This document shows positions 14,400 to 27,700 of a DNA stretch of 64,000 bases, piece by piece. The notes under the pieces were generated by a model, which had not been told where the DNA came from, did no database searches, and was given only the letters and a program-made list of their open reading frames with translations. This stretch comes from Amphiscolops sp. MND2022 (Eukaryota): contig OZ076410.1 of NCBI GenBank assembly GCA_964187785.1, positions 76,384,001 to 76,448,000 of the forward strand. Reading direction: 5' to 3'. A program made the translations under genes and the position numbers. Position 1 is the first letter of the stretch; the number at the start of each line of letters is the position of its first letter.

Positions 14400-17300
14400 C
14401 TACCTTGGGATAAACACGCTCAGCATTGTGGGTGCAACTGTATTCTTTGTATAAATATTGTATATCAATAAATTATCTGGAAATGAATCAAATGAAGGAC
14501 TTTATTCAATTTTGTGGCATTCTTAACAAAAATTACACGCACCATCAACAGCCAAAAAACTCATTGAAGATCGAGTTTATCACTAAGAAAAAGCGTATTG
14601 GTAATTTTTTCTTTTGAAATTTTTTTCTACTCATATTTGAACCTAATTTTGTTTTCCAACTTACTTTATTTTTGAAATTAACTTCATAGTTATATTTATA
14701 ATTAAAGTAAAACTAAAATATTGAAAAACGATTATCTGTTTTGTCCAATAAAAATTAGAACCAATTATGTATAAAGTTTTTAAATACACTATTCTTCATG
14801 ATTTACTGTATATGTAAAACTTATAGTGTTTAAAATATCGAAAGGTTTTTGCCGAACACTACTCATTCGCTTCACTTTTGGAGTATGAACAAGGGCAAAG
14901 GCTGCATTGTCTGCTACACCTAACCAGCACCATTTTTAAAAGAGTTTCTAATCGGTGAGATGAGATATTTTTTATGTTTGGACAGGTCAAATAAATGAAT
15001 CTTTCAGTGTGTTCTACGTTTTCGAAGATTAAGAAATGAACTGAGTAATAAATGTCTCAGCAAAATATTTTCAGCGTATAGAAATTGTAAACGTTTTGTA
15101 TTTCAAAAAATGTTCCATCATGTTTTTCTTTTTCATAATTACACTCTAGTCTATCAACAAGATCTCTTTTTGATTCCAGTTTACAAATCGCAAGAAGAAA
15201 TTAGAAGTCTATCAATTGTTGCAATGTTATGTGTTTGCCAATCAATTTTATTCCAAGCTTGAAATCCGATTATTATAAACGTTGGTGTCGATTCTTCACC
15301 ATAGCCTATTCCATAGGTCCAACTAATTTCATTATCAACTGCTTTTGTGGAAACTTTTCAACCTATTTAATACAATTTTGTTGGATTTTTATTTAATATA
15401 TGATTAGACACAAGTTGCTGGTTATCCACGGATGGGATGTAGTGTGGAATTTACCGACTACTGTCTTTCACAACAAAATTTGCAACTTTTACCACACCAG
15501 CACGGATAATGGAATCGTAATCGTTGTTACGTTTTAGAGTGAAACTATCACTACCTACTCCATAATTATTTTTTCTTGATGAGCAAATCCAAACATATTC
15601 CTCAATTCATTTCTAACAAAAAACGTTCCTGGTCCTTTTTTGTTTGTTAGTTCTCTCCTTGATATTTCAATTCATCAGATCCATACAAAATTTCAATTGT
15701 TTGTTGGTTAAAGGTAAAAGTATGCGCATTATGTTTCTGGCCTGTGTACTGTCAACTTTTTTCGAAGTGTTTCCCTGAAGATGTTATTCGTTTGGTGTCA
15801 CTAAATAGAAGAACAGGTTCAAAAACGAATAACTATATCTGATCACTATCCGCATATCCTGTGTGATAGTTTTTAGGACTTTCAAACTGTTTCGAGGTTT
15901 ATGTGTTTTCGAGACAAATATAAGAATCATCTCCTCGGAGACTGATGGAAGTATTTGATTCTTTCATTTTAATTGTAACTAGACTACGTCGAGAACGTTT
16001 ATTACAATATATTATACATATAAGTTTGTCAAGAGCCTGTTTCTTTTTCAACTAAAAGTTTTTTTCGGAAAATAATAGAACAAAATTGTCAAGCTAAAAT
16101 TTCTTTTTCTAAACAAGGCTAGTCTGGAAAATAAACACAAAAGAAACTTTGTTTCTATGATTTTTGTTTGACGTGAATGTTTTTTTTAGTTTGTAGATTT
16201 CATTCAGGTCAATTTTATAGTGTCTCACAAGTTTTTGAGAGTACTTTACAAAAGTTTTCTAGTGTTCTACCAGCCACGTTTTTTAAACTTTGTAAGTTCC
16301 TTTGGTTTTAGATATTCTCTAACATTTTGTTGGATTCAGATAAATGTGCACCCATACCACTAGTGATCCACTGAACATCAAGTCCTCCTATTACACTCAG
16401 CGTTACACAAGTTGATGTTACACCTCAGTGTTAATTGATTGTACCAAACCTGTTTTGTTGTGATTTCATAACTTCCACTTTTGATTGATAATTTTTGGTC
16501 TCATGGTCACAAAAATTGTCATAATTTTTTGTTTTCCGAATTGAGTTAACGAAAATGTTTTCACTTTTGATGCTTTTTATCATAAATTTAATTGTTGCTC
16601 CAAACCATGATTTTCTGTACTGGGGTTTAAGTGTTCAGGATTCGTTTATTTGGATAAAAAGTATTCATTTAACTTCAATGTCGGTTAATTTTGTTCTGTT
16701 CAAGGTCAACTTTATCTTTGTATTCAACTTTTTTCAAAGACTCTAAGATACTTTCTCTTGCTGAATAGTTTAGGTCTGATAGATTGATAGATTCCAAATG
16801 CCATCTGATGTTTTTATATCTTCGCCATGTTTTTTCCAACAAGTGTTCTTCACAGAAAAACGATTAAATTTAACGAGTTAGTTTCCATTTTTGAATGAGT
16901 CAAACAATCCCTAATTGTACAGTAGTGCTTCCTCTTTACATTTTTTCAATGCAAAAATGAGGTTTCCTTCGAAGATAATACGTTGTTGTTTCATTACTCT
17001 TCTACGGAAGTGGTTTCCAAAACGTTTTACTTTTTGCTCTTCTGATATTCCATTGTGGTAATCTTGTTCCAATTATTTCAATTTCATTTTAAATAGTCCA
17101 GTGGTTTATTCGTAGCTACAAAAACTTTGCATTAACTAATACCTTTGTTTCATTGTTCTTGAATTTTAATTTCTTCTTGGTTGTCAAGATCATTACTATT
17201 TTCTGCCTCCATAATTTATTGTGTAGTAAGGAATATTATAATCTGTGTAGCGTTATTTCTCAATTTGCGTCAATTGTTCATAATCTCGACGTTAGTTGCT

Positions 17301-18230
17301 CTCTGTCAAATGCTACTTCAGGTACAATGGCTCAGTTGGTAGTGCATCCGACTATCAATGTGTAGATAGGTTTTTAGAGATCGACTTGTTCTCAATAATA
17401 CGTTTTTCAAATATCATCAATTGAACTGTTAAATTGTCAATCCAGTTCTCTTGTGGATCCAGTTTTTTTAAAAAAATCTCAATTATGGTTTTTGTAAGTT
17501 TTCATTAAATCAGTCAGTTTCAACTAATTCGCGTTGGTAGAAAAAGTGCAAGTCTCGTTTTGTGTTTCGACACTGCTTTCAGGTAAATGACTTCTGGCGA
17601 AACAACTCTGCAGAAAAAAGTTGTTTGATGTAGATAAGATAGAAAAAAACAGCCTCTAGGTGTCTTTTAGTAGGATTATTATTTTGCTGAGCCTTCTCAC
17701 TACAGTGACCATTGCCTTCAGTTTTCCGACCCTTGTGGCTGAGGATTTTCTTAACAGATTCCGAATCGTGTTCAAGTTGCTCAAGGTAAGTTGATCTACT
17801 TTCACTGGGCTCAACAAGGACAAAATTCATTTCAGAGGTTGCAGATGATTTTTTACATACGTTTTTGCCAGTTATCACGTCTTTGTCTTTATATAAGAGA
17901 AAGTAATCTACTACAGCAGTTTTCATTTGATTATTTTGTTCGTTTTTTTGACTTTTGGCAAAGACTCATCCATTGCTTGTGGGATAATTTCGGCAACCGA
18001 TGTATTTTTTAATATAACTCCCATCATTATTGCCTAAAATAACAATATCCATCTCTCATTGTTTTCTTTGACTTTTTACACGTGAAACACGCTCCCGCAA
18101 ATTTTTGGATGCTAGAATATGTATGTTTCGATATTAGATACAGAACTTGCAATTTTAAAAGTGAAAGAATCAAATAACGATGTCAATATATCTTCGGAAT
18201 TGTTGGTGAAAACTTCATTATTCACACATT
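14400..18230 (-). mobile_element. Decayed Polinton/Maverick element, fossil 2
   Basis: Near full-length major capsid pseudogene plus degenerate ORFs that appear to correspond to fossil-1 ORFs (hydrophobic TLSVIGG-type ORF about 16320-16520 versus STGVGII about 9230-9420; coiled-coil ORF about 16750-17480). Confidence 0.8.
14826..16020 (-). pseudogene. Polinton major capsid protein pseudogene, near full length (about 1.2 kb)
   Basis: N-term SNTSISLRGDDSYICL...YADSDQI.LFVFEPVLLFSDTKRITSSGKHFEKVD; middle WTYGIGYGEESTPTFIIIGFQAWNKIDWQTHNIATIDRLLIS; C-term VADNAAFALVHTPKVKRMSSVRQKPFDIL. Confidence 0.85.
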
Positions 18231-18848
18231 AATTGCACACCCACTAGCAGTTGGGCTTTGATGCAAGCTGTTCATGCTAGTCATGGTGTTTTGATAACAT
18301 GAGTGACACTCAACTTAACAATCCACCGTGAACCCTTCTATGACGAGAGGCGCTGCAAGCTCTGCAAACTCCTGATTTGTCATCATCCTTGACAGCCTTC
18401 TTTCTTTTTTTGAACAGAGCAGAGTAGACGAAACTTTGGAAGTGTTTTGTAGTTTGCGAACTGTGTTGATCTGTATGTGTCGCAGGCTGCCGCCTGTGAC
18501 GGGAATAACTACACTACGACGGCGTCAGAGCAGGACGTAACACCGAGAACGCTACCAATATATTGAGATACAAACTGCAAACCCTAAAAATTTGCCCTAG
18601 TTCAAGTTTAGTCCCTATTTTTGCTCATCCATGCAATGATTGTATATTTAGATAAGATATTAGTTTGTTAAAGTTGTACAGTTTGGAAATGTCCAGATCA
18701 GGCTATTATGCAATGAATGCAAATAAAATGTAAAGTTATCGAATTGAAAACAGCATAAACAGAAGCAACTGTAAAGCAGTATAGGAAACGTGTTCGAGTG
18801 ATGTACAGTGCTATTCCAAAAGCGTCGCTTGAGCTCGTTGTCCTGACC

Positions 18849-20368
18849 AGTCACATCGCTTCAATCTGCAAGATTAATACAACTCTAATATAATGGTGGC
18901 CAAATATGGCCAATGGACTTAATACGCTCGCTTCAATTCTTCCTTTGGTCAAATGGCCCGTTCCGGCCATCTTGACGAGACATGTTGATGCTAAACTATT
19001 TGTATTTATGATCGACCAAATTAGTCAGGAATTACTCTAAACGCGTTCTTAGTGCTAAATAATTCCCTCGTACTGTTCAATGGACTAAATAAACCCAGTG
19101 TTAACTTGAAGGCCGAATAAGGCTTCTTACCTTTTCCCCTTTAGTGCTGAACTAATAAACCGGATTTGGCCAATTTCGGCCTCATTAGAAAACGTTTTGC
19201 TTTGATAGTGCTGTAATATATTAAGCAGACCAAGCATGTATTATTTGATCTTGTTCCTTTCAGTGTTGCTTAATAGCCGCGTGGCGGCACGTGCCCTCAT
19301 AACATACCTATGATGCGAGCTTTACATTCCGTCAATAGACGATAATGTTTGTTGACAATAGGATGATGACATTTTTCATGAAGATGCCATTTGAAGTCGC
19401 GATATGTATACCTGTCAAAATGTTATTTGTTTGATGTTACGTTTCCGAGAATCATGTAAATGATAGGAATTCGCCCAATTGGGATATTGTTGAAATATGT
19501 ACTTTGAAGTTGTTCTATGATATGTGAGGAATGTAACCGAACGGTATTTGATGACCAAAATACCTTTCAAAACGTTGTTCATGTGCGTTACATACTTTTT
19601 GATATCTTGACTAGAAATATGTGGAAAATGTGAGTGTCATCCACTCAGGAGTATATATACTGGTGTTTAGCCTGAGTGGGACACAATTTATAATCAACGT
19701 ATCTAGTAAAGGTTGTTCTACAAACGGTTCCACTGTTATTTTCCGAGTTGAGTAATTCATTGTTTAATCCGGATCTTTCTCAATGCCTACTACAAGAAAG
19801 CAAAAGAAAGCAAGGAAATCAAGAGGCTTAGAAATCATCTCAGATTTTGAGAAATTTGACATCATGCTTGATGAGAATCACTTTAATGAGACTGAAAGGG
19901 ATGAGAGCGTGGATAATGCTTTCGTCAGAAGACATGATTGTGTTATGAGCAACAATATAGGAAATGAAGGCGGAAGTTCATACTCTAATCACATGGATTC
20001 TAACGTCAGGACAAGTGCCGTTAACAGCCAAAGTTCAGCAGATGTAAGTTCTCAAGCTGAGATTAATAAATTGTCATGTGAACTAAACTCTAGAATATCT
20101 AGAGAAATGGATGAGATGATGAATTCGGTCAGTGTTCAGATCCAGAGAGCCATAAATGACGCTATAAGCAATCAGGTACTGCCCCAATTCCAAAATGTTG
20201 TTTTGGCCGGATCAGGACGAGTGACTAGAAAAGGATGGGACGTTTCGGCTGAGAGACCGGTAATTAATCCCGAAGTACAGCGTAACCTAAATGCTAGAAA
20301 CAATCTGAGAAATGAACAAGACGAAGGCCAGCAAAATGGCGATTTACCTAGTCTTAATGTTCATGACA
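18849..20368 (+). mobile_element. Long LTR (about 1.52 kb), unpaired (solo or 3' LTR), of an LTR retrotransposon
   Basis: Starts (a)GTCACA and ends catGACA, the same TGTCA...TGACA/TAACA terminal pattern as the TSD-flanked elements at 24754 and 52616. TATA-like gtatatatac at 19651. No matching TSD found. Confidence 0.65.
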
Positions 20369-22156
20369 GTATGCTTTTGCGACAATGTGATTTTTTTTGA
20401 TGTTCTGAAGTTTTAAAGATTTATAGGAGGATTTGAAATGAAGCCAGTGTAGGGATTTTGAAACACACTGCGAAACGGAATTGATCCTGGTGTTACGTCG
20501 TGTGCTATGCCTATTTTCTTTAGGATCAAACGACTTAATACGCTCGTATCAATTCATCCTTTGGTCAAATGGCCGGTTCCGGCCATCTTGACGAGACATG
20601 TTGATGCTAAACTATTTGCATTTATGATCAACCAAATTAGTCAGGAATTACTCTAAACGCATTCTTAGTGCTAAATAATACCCAAGTACTGTTCAATGGA
20701 CTAAATAAACCCAGTGTTACCTTGAAGGCCGAATAAGGCTTCTTACCTTTTCCCCTTTATTGCTGAACTAATAAACCGGATTTGGCCAATTTCGGCCTCA
20801 TTAGAAAACGTTTTGCTTTAATAGTGGTGTAATATATTAACAGACCAAGCAAGTATTATTGGATCTTGTTCCTTTCAGTGTTGCTTAATAGCCGCGTGGC
20901 GGCACGTGCCCTCATAACACACCTATGATGCGAGCTTTACATTCCGTCAATAGACGATAATGTTTGTTGACAATAGGACAATGACATTTTTCATGAAGAT
21001 GCTATTTGAAGTCGTGATATGTATACCTGTCAAAATGTTATTTGTTTGATGTTACGTTTCCGAGAATCATGTAAATGTTAGGAATTCTCCCAAATGGGAT
21101 TTTGTTGAAATATGTACTTTGAAGTTGTTCACTGATATGTGAGGAATGTAACCGAAAGGTATTTGATGACCAAAATACCTTTCAAAACGTTGTCCATGTG
21201 CGTTACATACTTTATGATATCTTGACTAGAAATATGTAGAAAATGTGAGTGTCATCCACTCAGGAGTATATATACTGGTGTTTAGCCTGAGTGGGACACA
21301 ATTCATAATCAACGTATCTAGTAAAGGTTGTTCTACAAACGGTTCCACTGTTATTTTCCGAGTTGAGTAATTCATTGTTTAATTCGGATCTTTCTCAATG
21401 CCTACTACAAGAAAGCAAAAGAAAGCAAGGAAATCAAGAGGCTTAGAAATCCTCTCAGATATTGAAAATCTTGACATCATGCTTGGTGAGACTTGAAATC
21501 ACTTTAATGAGACTGAAAGGGATGAGAGCGTGGATAGTGCTTCGTCAGAAGACATGATAGTGTTATGAGCAACAATTTAGGAAATGAAGGCGGAAGTTCA
21601 TACTCTAATCACATGGATTCTAACGTCAGAACAAGTGCCGTTAACGGTCAAAGTTCAGGAGATGTAAGTTCTCAAGCTGAGATCAATAAATTGTCATGTG
21701 AACTAAACTCTAGAATATCTAGAGAAATGGATGAGATGATGAATTCGGTCAGTGTTCAGATCCAGAGAGCCATAAATGACGCTATAAGCAATCAGGTACT
21801 GCCCCAATTCCAAAATGTTGTTTTGGCCGGATCAGGACGAGTGACTAGAAAAGGATGGGACGTTTCGGCTGAGAGACCGGAAATTAATCCCGAAGTACAG
21901 CGTAACCTGAATGCTAGAAACAATCTGAGAAATGAACAAGACGAAGGGCAGCAAAATGGTGATTTACCTAGTCTTAATGTTCATGACAGTATGCTTTTGC
22001 GACAATGTGATTTTTTCTCTTTTGATGTTCTGAAGTTTTAAAGATTGATAGGAGGATTTGAAATGAAGCCAGTGTAGGGATTTTGAAATACACTGCGAAA
22101 CGGAATTGATCCTGGTGTTACGTCGTGTGCTATGCTTTTATTCTTTAGGATTTAAC
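18916..22156 (+). repeat. Direct tandem duplication, unit about 1.62 kb (18916-20531 / 20532-22156)
   Basis: Duplicates most of the LTR plus about 160 bp of flank. GA microhomology at the junction. Copies are visibly more diverged than the other duplications. Confidence 0.95.
19783..20400 (+). CDS. 205-aa gag-leader-like ORF encoded inside the LTR (MPTTRKQKKARKSR...), intact in this copy
   Basis: Open ORF with a basic N-terminus and a long helical segment (EINKLSCELNSRISREMDEMMNSVSVQIQRAINDAISNQVLPQ). It crosses the inferred LTR end at ...NVHD and stops 10 codons later. The second copy (21398-22041) has an early stop. Confidence 0.6.
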   Translation: MPTTRKQKKARKSRGLEIISDFEKFDIMLDENHFNETERDESVDNAFVRRHDCVMSNNIGNEGGSSYSNHMDSNVRTSAVNSQSSADVSSQAEINKLSCELNSRISREMDEMMNSVSVQIQRAINDAISNQVLPQFQNVVLAGSGRVTRKGWDVSAERPVINPEVQRNLNARNNLRNEQDEGQQNGDLPSLNVHDSMLLRQCDFF

Positions 22157-22399
22157 GATTGAACTTCGATGTTGCTCCCAGAAAAAATCAAAAGGCCTTG
22201 TGTAGTTAGGTTTTTTATTTTTTCCACTATCAGAAATCATGGATCTTTGTCATCAATAAAGTGCCACGTGTACTATCTTGTTGAGGGGCGAAAACACACA
22301 CCCGTGGTCTGCAACGAAAGGAGGAAACTCTATAAAACTAACAACAAACTAGTCATACCAGTCACTATCTCAGTCGACCAGTAGAAGCAAATTTTGAAA

Positions 22400-23540
22400 A
22401 AAGCTGCTATGATGAACAGGTTTTCAAAAAGTATGTTATAAGTTTCTTCGAACTCATTTCTATCGCTCATAGTTCCTAGAACAGAAGCCGCATTGTCAGT
22501 TTGAAGAGCAATTGAGATCCAGTGCTTCAAGAAGCTGCAAACTTGTTGATCGTCGTGCGAAAGACAGAAAAGTTTACAGAAACGCGTGATCAAAATTTCA
22601 CTGCTCTCGCCTGAAGAACCCTGTACTTCCATGGCCACTGGCTTAAAAATGAATCCATTGTCTATTAATGTGCGATACCTCTCAATTTTACCGCTTCAGC
22701 CTCAGCCGCGGTGGTTCCCTTGATTCAAACGACTGGGTGCAAGAGCATCGACCACCGTGACATCCCGTACCAGCTGTTTACGCATTTCCCAAGGAACCAT
22801 GGTAACACCGTTTGGGCGTTTGCCATCAGTTCGGTACAGTCCAAGTGGCTCGAGCCTTGAAGGAAAGTCAAGATAACCCAACGTCTGTCTTATGCGAGAA
22901 TTGAAAGTACCATGACGTGATATGCGACCAGCACTCTTGGTGCACGAGACCGTCTCGTTCAACCCTTTTACCACAGTGGCACGTATGGGCAAAACTGATG
23001 TTGGCCACGAGACATGAACCAATTGAAATGCGTAGCTGCTGATCATCAAGTTTCAGGGCTAAGTTTTGGCAAGGAACAACGTTTAGCCATTGTGTATCGA
23101 ATTTGCCTTAATGAGCGTTTAAAATTTTCGAAGAATTGTCATCCAATCTAGAGATCAAATCTTGGGTGGTTCTGAGGTAGACAAGTTGGGTTCATTTTTT
23201 CTGGGTTCTATCGGTAGGACTTTCCTGTTCATTCGTCAAACTCAACCACTTCTCAAGCGTTTTTGTAAACGAAAGATCTTCGAATGTTTCCGAGAAAATC
23301 GTCGTGAGAAAATCACTCGCAACAAAAGCTGAAGCCAGAAAGCCGAGAAGTGCTAATAATGATGCGGATGAGACCCCAAGACCACCCATCTCAGAGGGCA
23401 GAATCCACTGAGTACTTGAAAGATCGTCGAAATTCACGTTACATACTTTGGAATGCCCGTCGCGAACAGTTTTGTTAAACTTTTCCAAGGAAGCTCGATA
23501 ATTAAAGCATGTACTGTTTCTCAAAATTTTTATCCCGGGT
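22400..23540 (-). mobile_element. CRE-clade non-LTR retrotransposon, C-terminal part (RT thumb plus restriction-like endonuclease), decayed
   Basis: SCTKSAGRISRHGTFNSRIRQTLG...LEPLGLYRTDGKRPNGVTMVPWEMRKQLVRDVTVVDALAPS...KIERYR..IDNGFIFKPVAMEVQGSSG carries the RH..N, E, RPD-like, DVTV and K..Y pattern of RLE domains. Upstream: WILPSEMGGLGVSSASLLALLGFLASA. Confidence 0.85.
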
Positions 23541-24753
23541 AGCCTAATTGTTGTGATAAATTTTTTTAAAATATACCTATAGTTAAGAAGTCAACTTAAC
23601 ATCAAATGTTTTGACGACGAAACTAGTTGTCTTCATTGGAAACTGAAAAAAACGACTCCTCAAGACAACCGTTCTTTATCTTGTGTGCCCCAGTTGTTGC
23701 CAATCGCTGCAAAACTGTTGGTTTGTTCCTTTTCCCACCTTTCCCTACCTGCTTATGGTTTACCTGATAGGAGCAAGTTCCTTCTATAGTGGCTTTGAAA
23801 ATGCTAATTACTCTTCTGAAAATTTCTACCCATAAAAGTCCTTTGCAGTGTCTGGACTATCTTTAAACCCCAGATCTGAAAAATCTTGCTTTCTCACTGA
23901 GTTGAAGTAATTTCAAAAACCGTGAAAAATTTGTCTGCAGGCACGACGTCATCAACAACAGCATCACAAGATATGAAAGCAACAATTATACTGCATGCTT
24001 TAGGGTAAAGCTTGTCAAAATACTGAAGCAGCACACGAAAAATTCGCGTCAAACGCCTCGAATTCGCATCAGAGGAATTGTCAAGAGAAATCGAAACTGA
24101 ATGGCAACAGAGTTTTCTTGGATCTAAAACATTTAGCAGACGGCTTCGAACGAGTCAAAGGATCACTCGGTTCTGATGAAAGACGTAAAGACGTGCATAA
24201 AGCAGACAAAGTCGGGGTTGTAAAGCTAATTACACTTTTCGAGGAAAAATTTTCTGATGCAAAAGCCAGAAGATTCCAAAAAGGGAATTTGAATACTGTG
24301 AAAATTGACATTTCTAGCAAATCAGACCAGGGAAAAACAGTGTCTGAAGGAATCTTTCTGAATGATCAGTACTTTCGAGCACGTAGCTAAAACCTGCAAA
24401 AGCTCTCCTAAGTGTTACAAATGCGTCAACCGGCACCAAACCGCTGACTGTGACGAAGGCAATGCAATGAAATGCGCGAAATGCCAGTTACACAGCACTG
24501 CTAACCACCCCTTCTGTGAAACTTCTCCTAACCATGCGTGCAAAGTTTACAACAACGTAATATACCCATTCCATGTACAAACGAACCTTCCTTGACATAG
24601 TAAACGGGAATGGCTAAAGTGAAGAAGCTTTCATTCATAGAGCTAAATTCCTCCGGATTGTCAAACCGCAACAACTTCTACTCGAAAAATACATCGAGGA
24701 CATGAAACCCGACTTTATATCACTAAACGACACCAAGAACAGGATATCGCATG

Positions 24754-27700
24754 TGTGATAGTCCGCGCCCGGACTGGAATAAAAACAATCTAAAGCTAAT
24801 CTACGACACCACTTCGCCAATACGAGTGAAATTGCGCCGCCGCTACGTCACAGTTACGGCAGCTAGCTAGACTTCAATTCATTCCAAAATTTGGTCAACG
24901 CTACGTCACAGCTACGGCAGCTAGCTAGATTTCACTTCATTCCAATGTTACTTCCACGCTACGTCCACTATAGTGGCGGACTAAGTTTAATACAAAATTT
25001 ACGTCCACGATACGTTCATTAAATTAGCGGACTAGGTCTAACATCAAATTTACGTCCACTATACGTCCAAAATTTATGAAAAGTGTTTTAGTCAGTATTA
25101 AATTTGAAAGATTCCTTATTCTACTACGGTAAAAGAAATCGCAGCTAGAATATGAATCAACGTCAACACTACGTCGCAATTTAACCAACTAAGCCAAATT
25201 TTGAATCTACGTCAACTCTACGTCAACTAGTATACTAGAAGTTGAGAAAACACCTTTCTACATCAGTATTGCGTCGACTAAGATTGAATTCGAACGGAAT
25301 ATGGTATTTGAGCTAAGATTTTTCTGACTAACTTAAAACAACAGTATTTTATCACTAGGTAAATTGGAGAGTCACAGTTTATATTCAATTTGTGTTAATT
25401 AAGTGCAGTCTAAGCAGGCTTTTTAAATGTATGCTTTTGATTACCTAATTTGATAAACTCGTTGGCTGTTTGACGATGTCACGTCGTCATTTTTTGTTGG
25501 TCAGAGGTGTTGCTCTTAACTTCAATTGATAAACAAGTGTTAATGGTTGAATTATTCAATTGTTTAGCCTCATGTAAATCAGCCACCCTCTTAGCATCAC
25601 CAAAGTGTACAAATCAAGATAATTTGTCATAATTTTCCAAGTTGAAATTCAAAGTCAGTTACTAGTTGTTCACGCCAGCATTAGCCCCGCGTCAAATTTC
25701 CCGCGAAGTCGTAACATGGTGACTGGAATTTTGAACCGCTCAATAAATGTTTTCAAGAAAAACTTGGAACCGCCTATTGTCCAAAGAGCAACCCTCCACA
25801 TCGCGGATACTTTTAAGCCTGGAAATAAAAACGAACATACTCTAATTGAGCAACGCAAACCAAACGCCTACTTGTTGCCTTTTTGATTATAAACGAGCTA
25901 AAATTCGACGACCACACCAAAAACAACCAATCCGTCAGTACATCGTCAGATGCAGTCCAACACTTGTCGAGGACATCGATTACAACAAAACGAGGTTCCA
26001 AAAGCTGGTAATATACTCTCTGGGGGTTACCTTTGCCCAGAGATGGGTGAATTAGCTCACATTGGTAAGAAAAAAAGTACACTCTTCCTGAGGCTGATAT
26101 GTGCGTTCGAAAAAGGACAATGGCGTAGTCTCTGAAGCACACATTCCCAAATCGACCCGTCAAAAATCTAAGCTGCGAAAATACAATGACAGAAAAGGCC
26201 TTCTGAAATTTTGAATGATTCACAAAAGCTTGATGGAACGGGGATTGTTACAAACTTAAGGGTTGTTGAATAACCAGCGCGCCAGCGTCACTAAGAAGCA
26301 CATCTCCCTTAGACAACGAAAATGAGTCTTGTTGTCACTTTGCTTTGCAGATCATGATCTTTTAAGATCAAATTAATATGTAAATGACCGGGATCAAACA
26401 GCCCATAAACAATGACGCAAGGTTGACGTCATAAATGACCAGGGTTAAAACAGCCCAATATTGATACGACGTCATTCTGACGTCGACAGTGACCGAAAAC
26501 AAAAACGGAAAATAACAAATATAGAAGGCGTTAGCAAAACGCTAACAAACACAAAATTGACGTCATCAAAACGGTGACAAAAATATTTGAAGTTGGATAA
26601 CCGCTAACGAAATTGACGTCATCAAAACAGTGACAAATAAAATTGCAGTTAGCTAATCGCTAACGAAATTGACGTCAGCAAAACGTTGACAACTTTTGTC
26701 AAACGAATTAATTTATTTCGTGGCCAATAAAACTGCGACGTTGGCAAAACGTCAACACCTGGGATTACGATGGAATCAAAATACAGCTTCTACGCCCTCC
26801 CAAAGAATGCTATACCGAATCAGAGAGTGGTACTGGAAATCTCACGTCTCACATTCCTCTGGGAAAGCGTACAACCCAAAGAATCCTCCCTTCAATTTCG
26901 ACAACCCCACAAGATCTCTTCTTCACATGACAGTGGCCCTGTCACAGTCCGCCTCCAACCTGGATTGTGGATGCCAAGAGCCGCAGTTCGACCGTGATCA
27001 TGGATGCGTTATGAAAACAGGTAGACTATCTTATTAAACTGGAATAAACACTGACAAGTTAAGGCCATCAAAAATTATATTATAAAGGATTTCAGAACTT
27101 AAAACATTCCGACTATCTTCACACATTTTCGGTCAAAGGTAGTGATGACAGTAGAAATTGAATCATTTTCCTTCAAAATACAACCGAGACATATCATTGG
27201 AACCAGCCACCGCAAAAAGTATGAAATTACGTCAACATCTAAAATTAAAGGAAACAAAATAATTTGATAACCATTTAATCGACCGAAAAACATTTCCCCA
27301 ACATCCTCTCTTCTATTTTATCAAGCCTTCGAGAACCATTCGTCCCATGACAGCGGCCCTGTCACAGTCCGCGCCCGGATTGGACTAAAAAAAACTAATA
27401 CTAATCTACGACAACGCTTCGCCAATACGAGTGAATTTGCACTGCCGCTACGTCACAGCTACGGCAGCTAGCTAGACTTCATTTCATTCCATATTTTGGT
27501 CAACGCTACGTCACAACTACGGCAGCTAGCTAGATTTCATATCATTCCAAATTTACGTCCATTGTTCGTCCACTATAATGGCGGACTAAGTCTACTACCA
27601 AATTTTCGTCAACGTTACTTCCACTATATTAGCAGACTAGGTCTAAAATCAAATTTACGTCCACAATACGTCCAAATTTCTTGAAATTAGGTGTTTTAGT

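Noticed and set aside
19661-19684. TGGTGTTTAGCCTGAGTGGGA as a primer-binding site
   Set aside because: It lies inside the inferred LTR next to the TATA-like box and is one arm of a local inverted repeat; the match to tRNA ends is interrupted.
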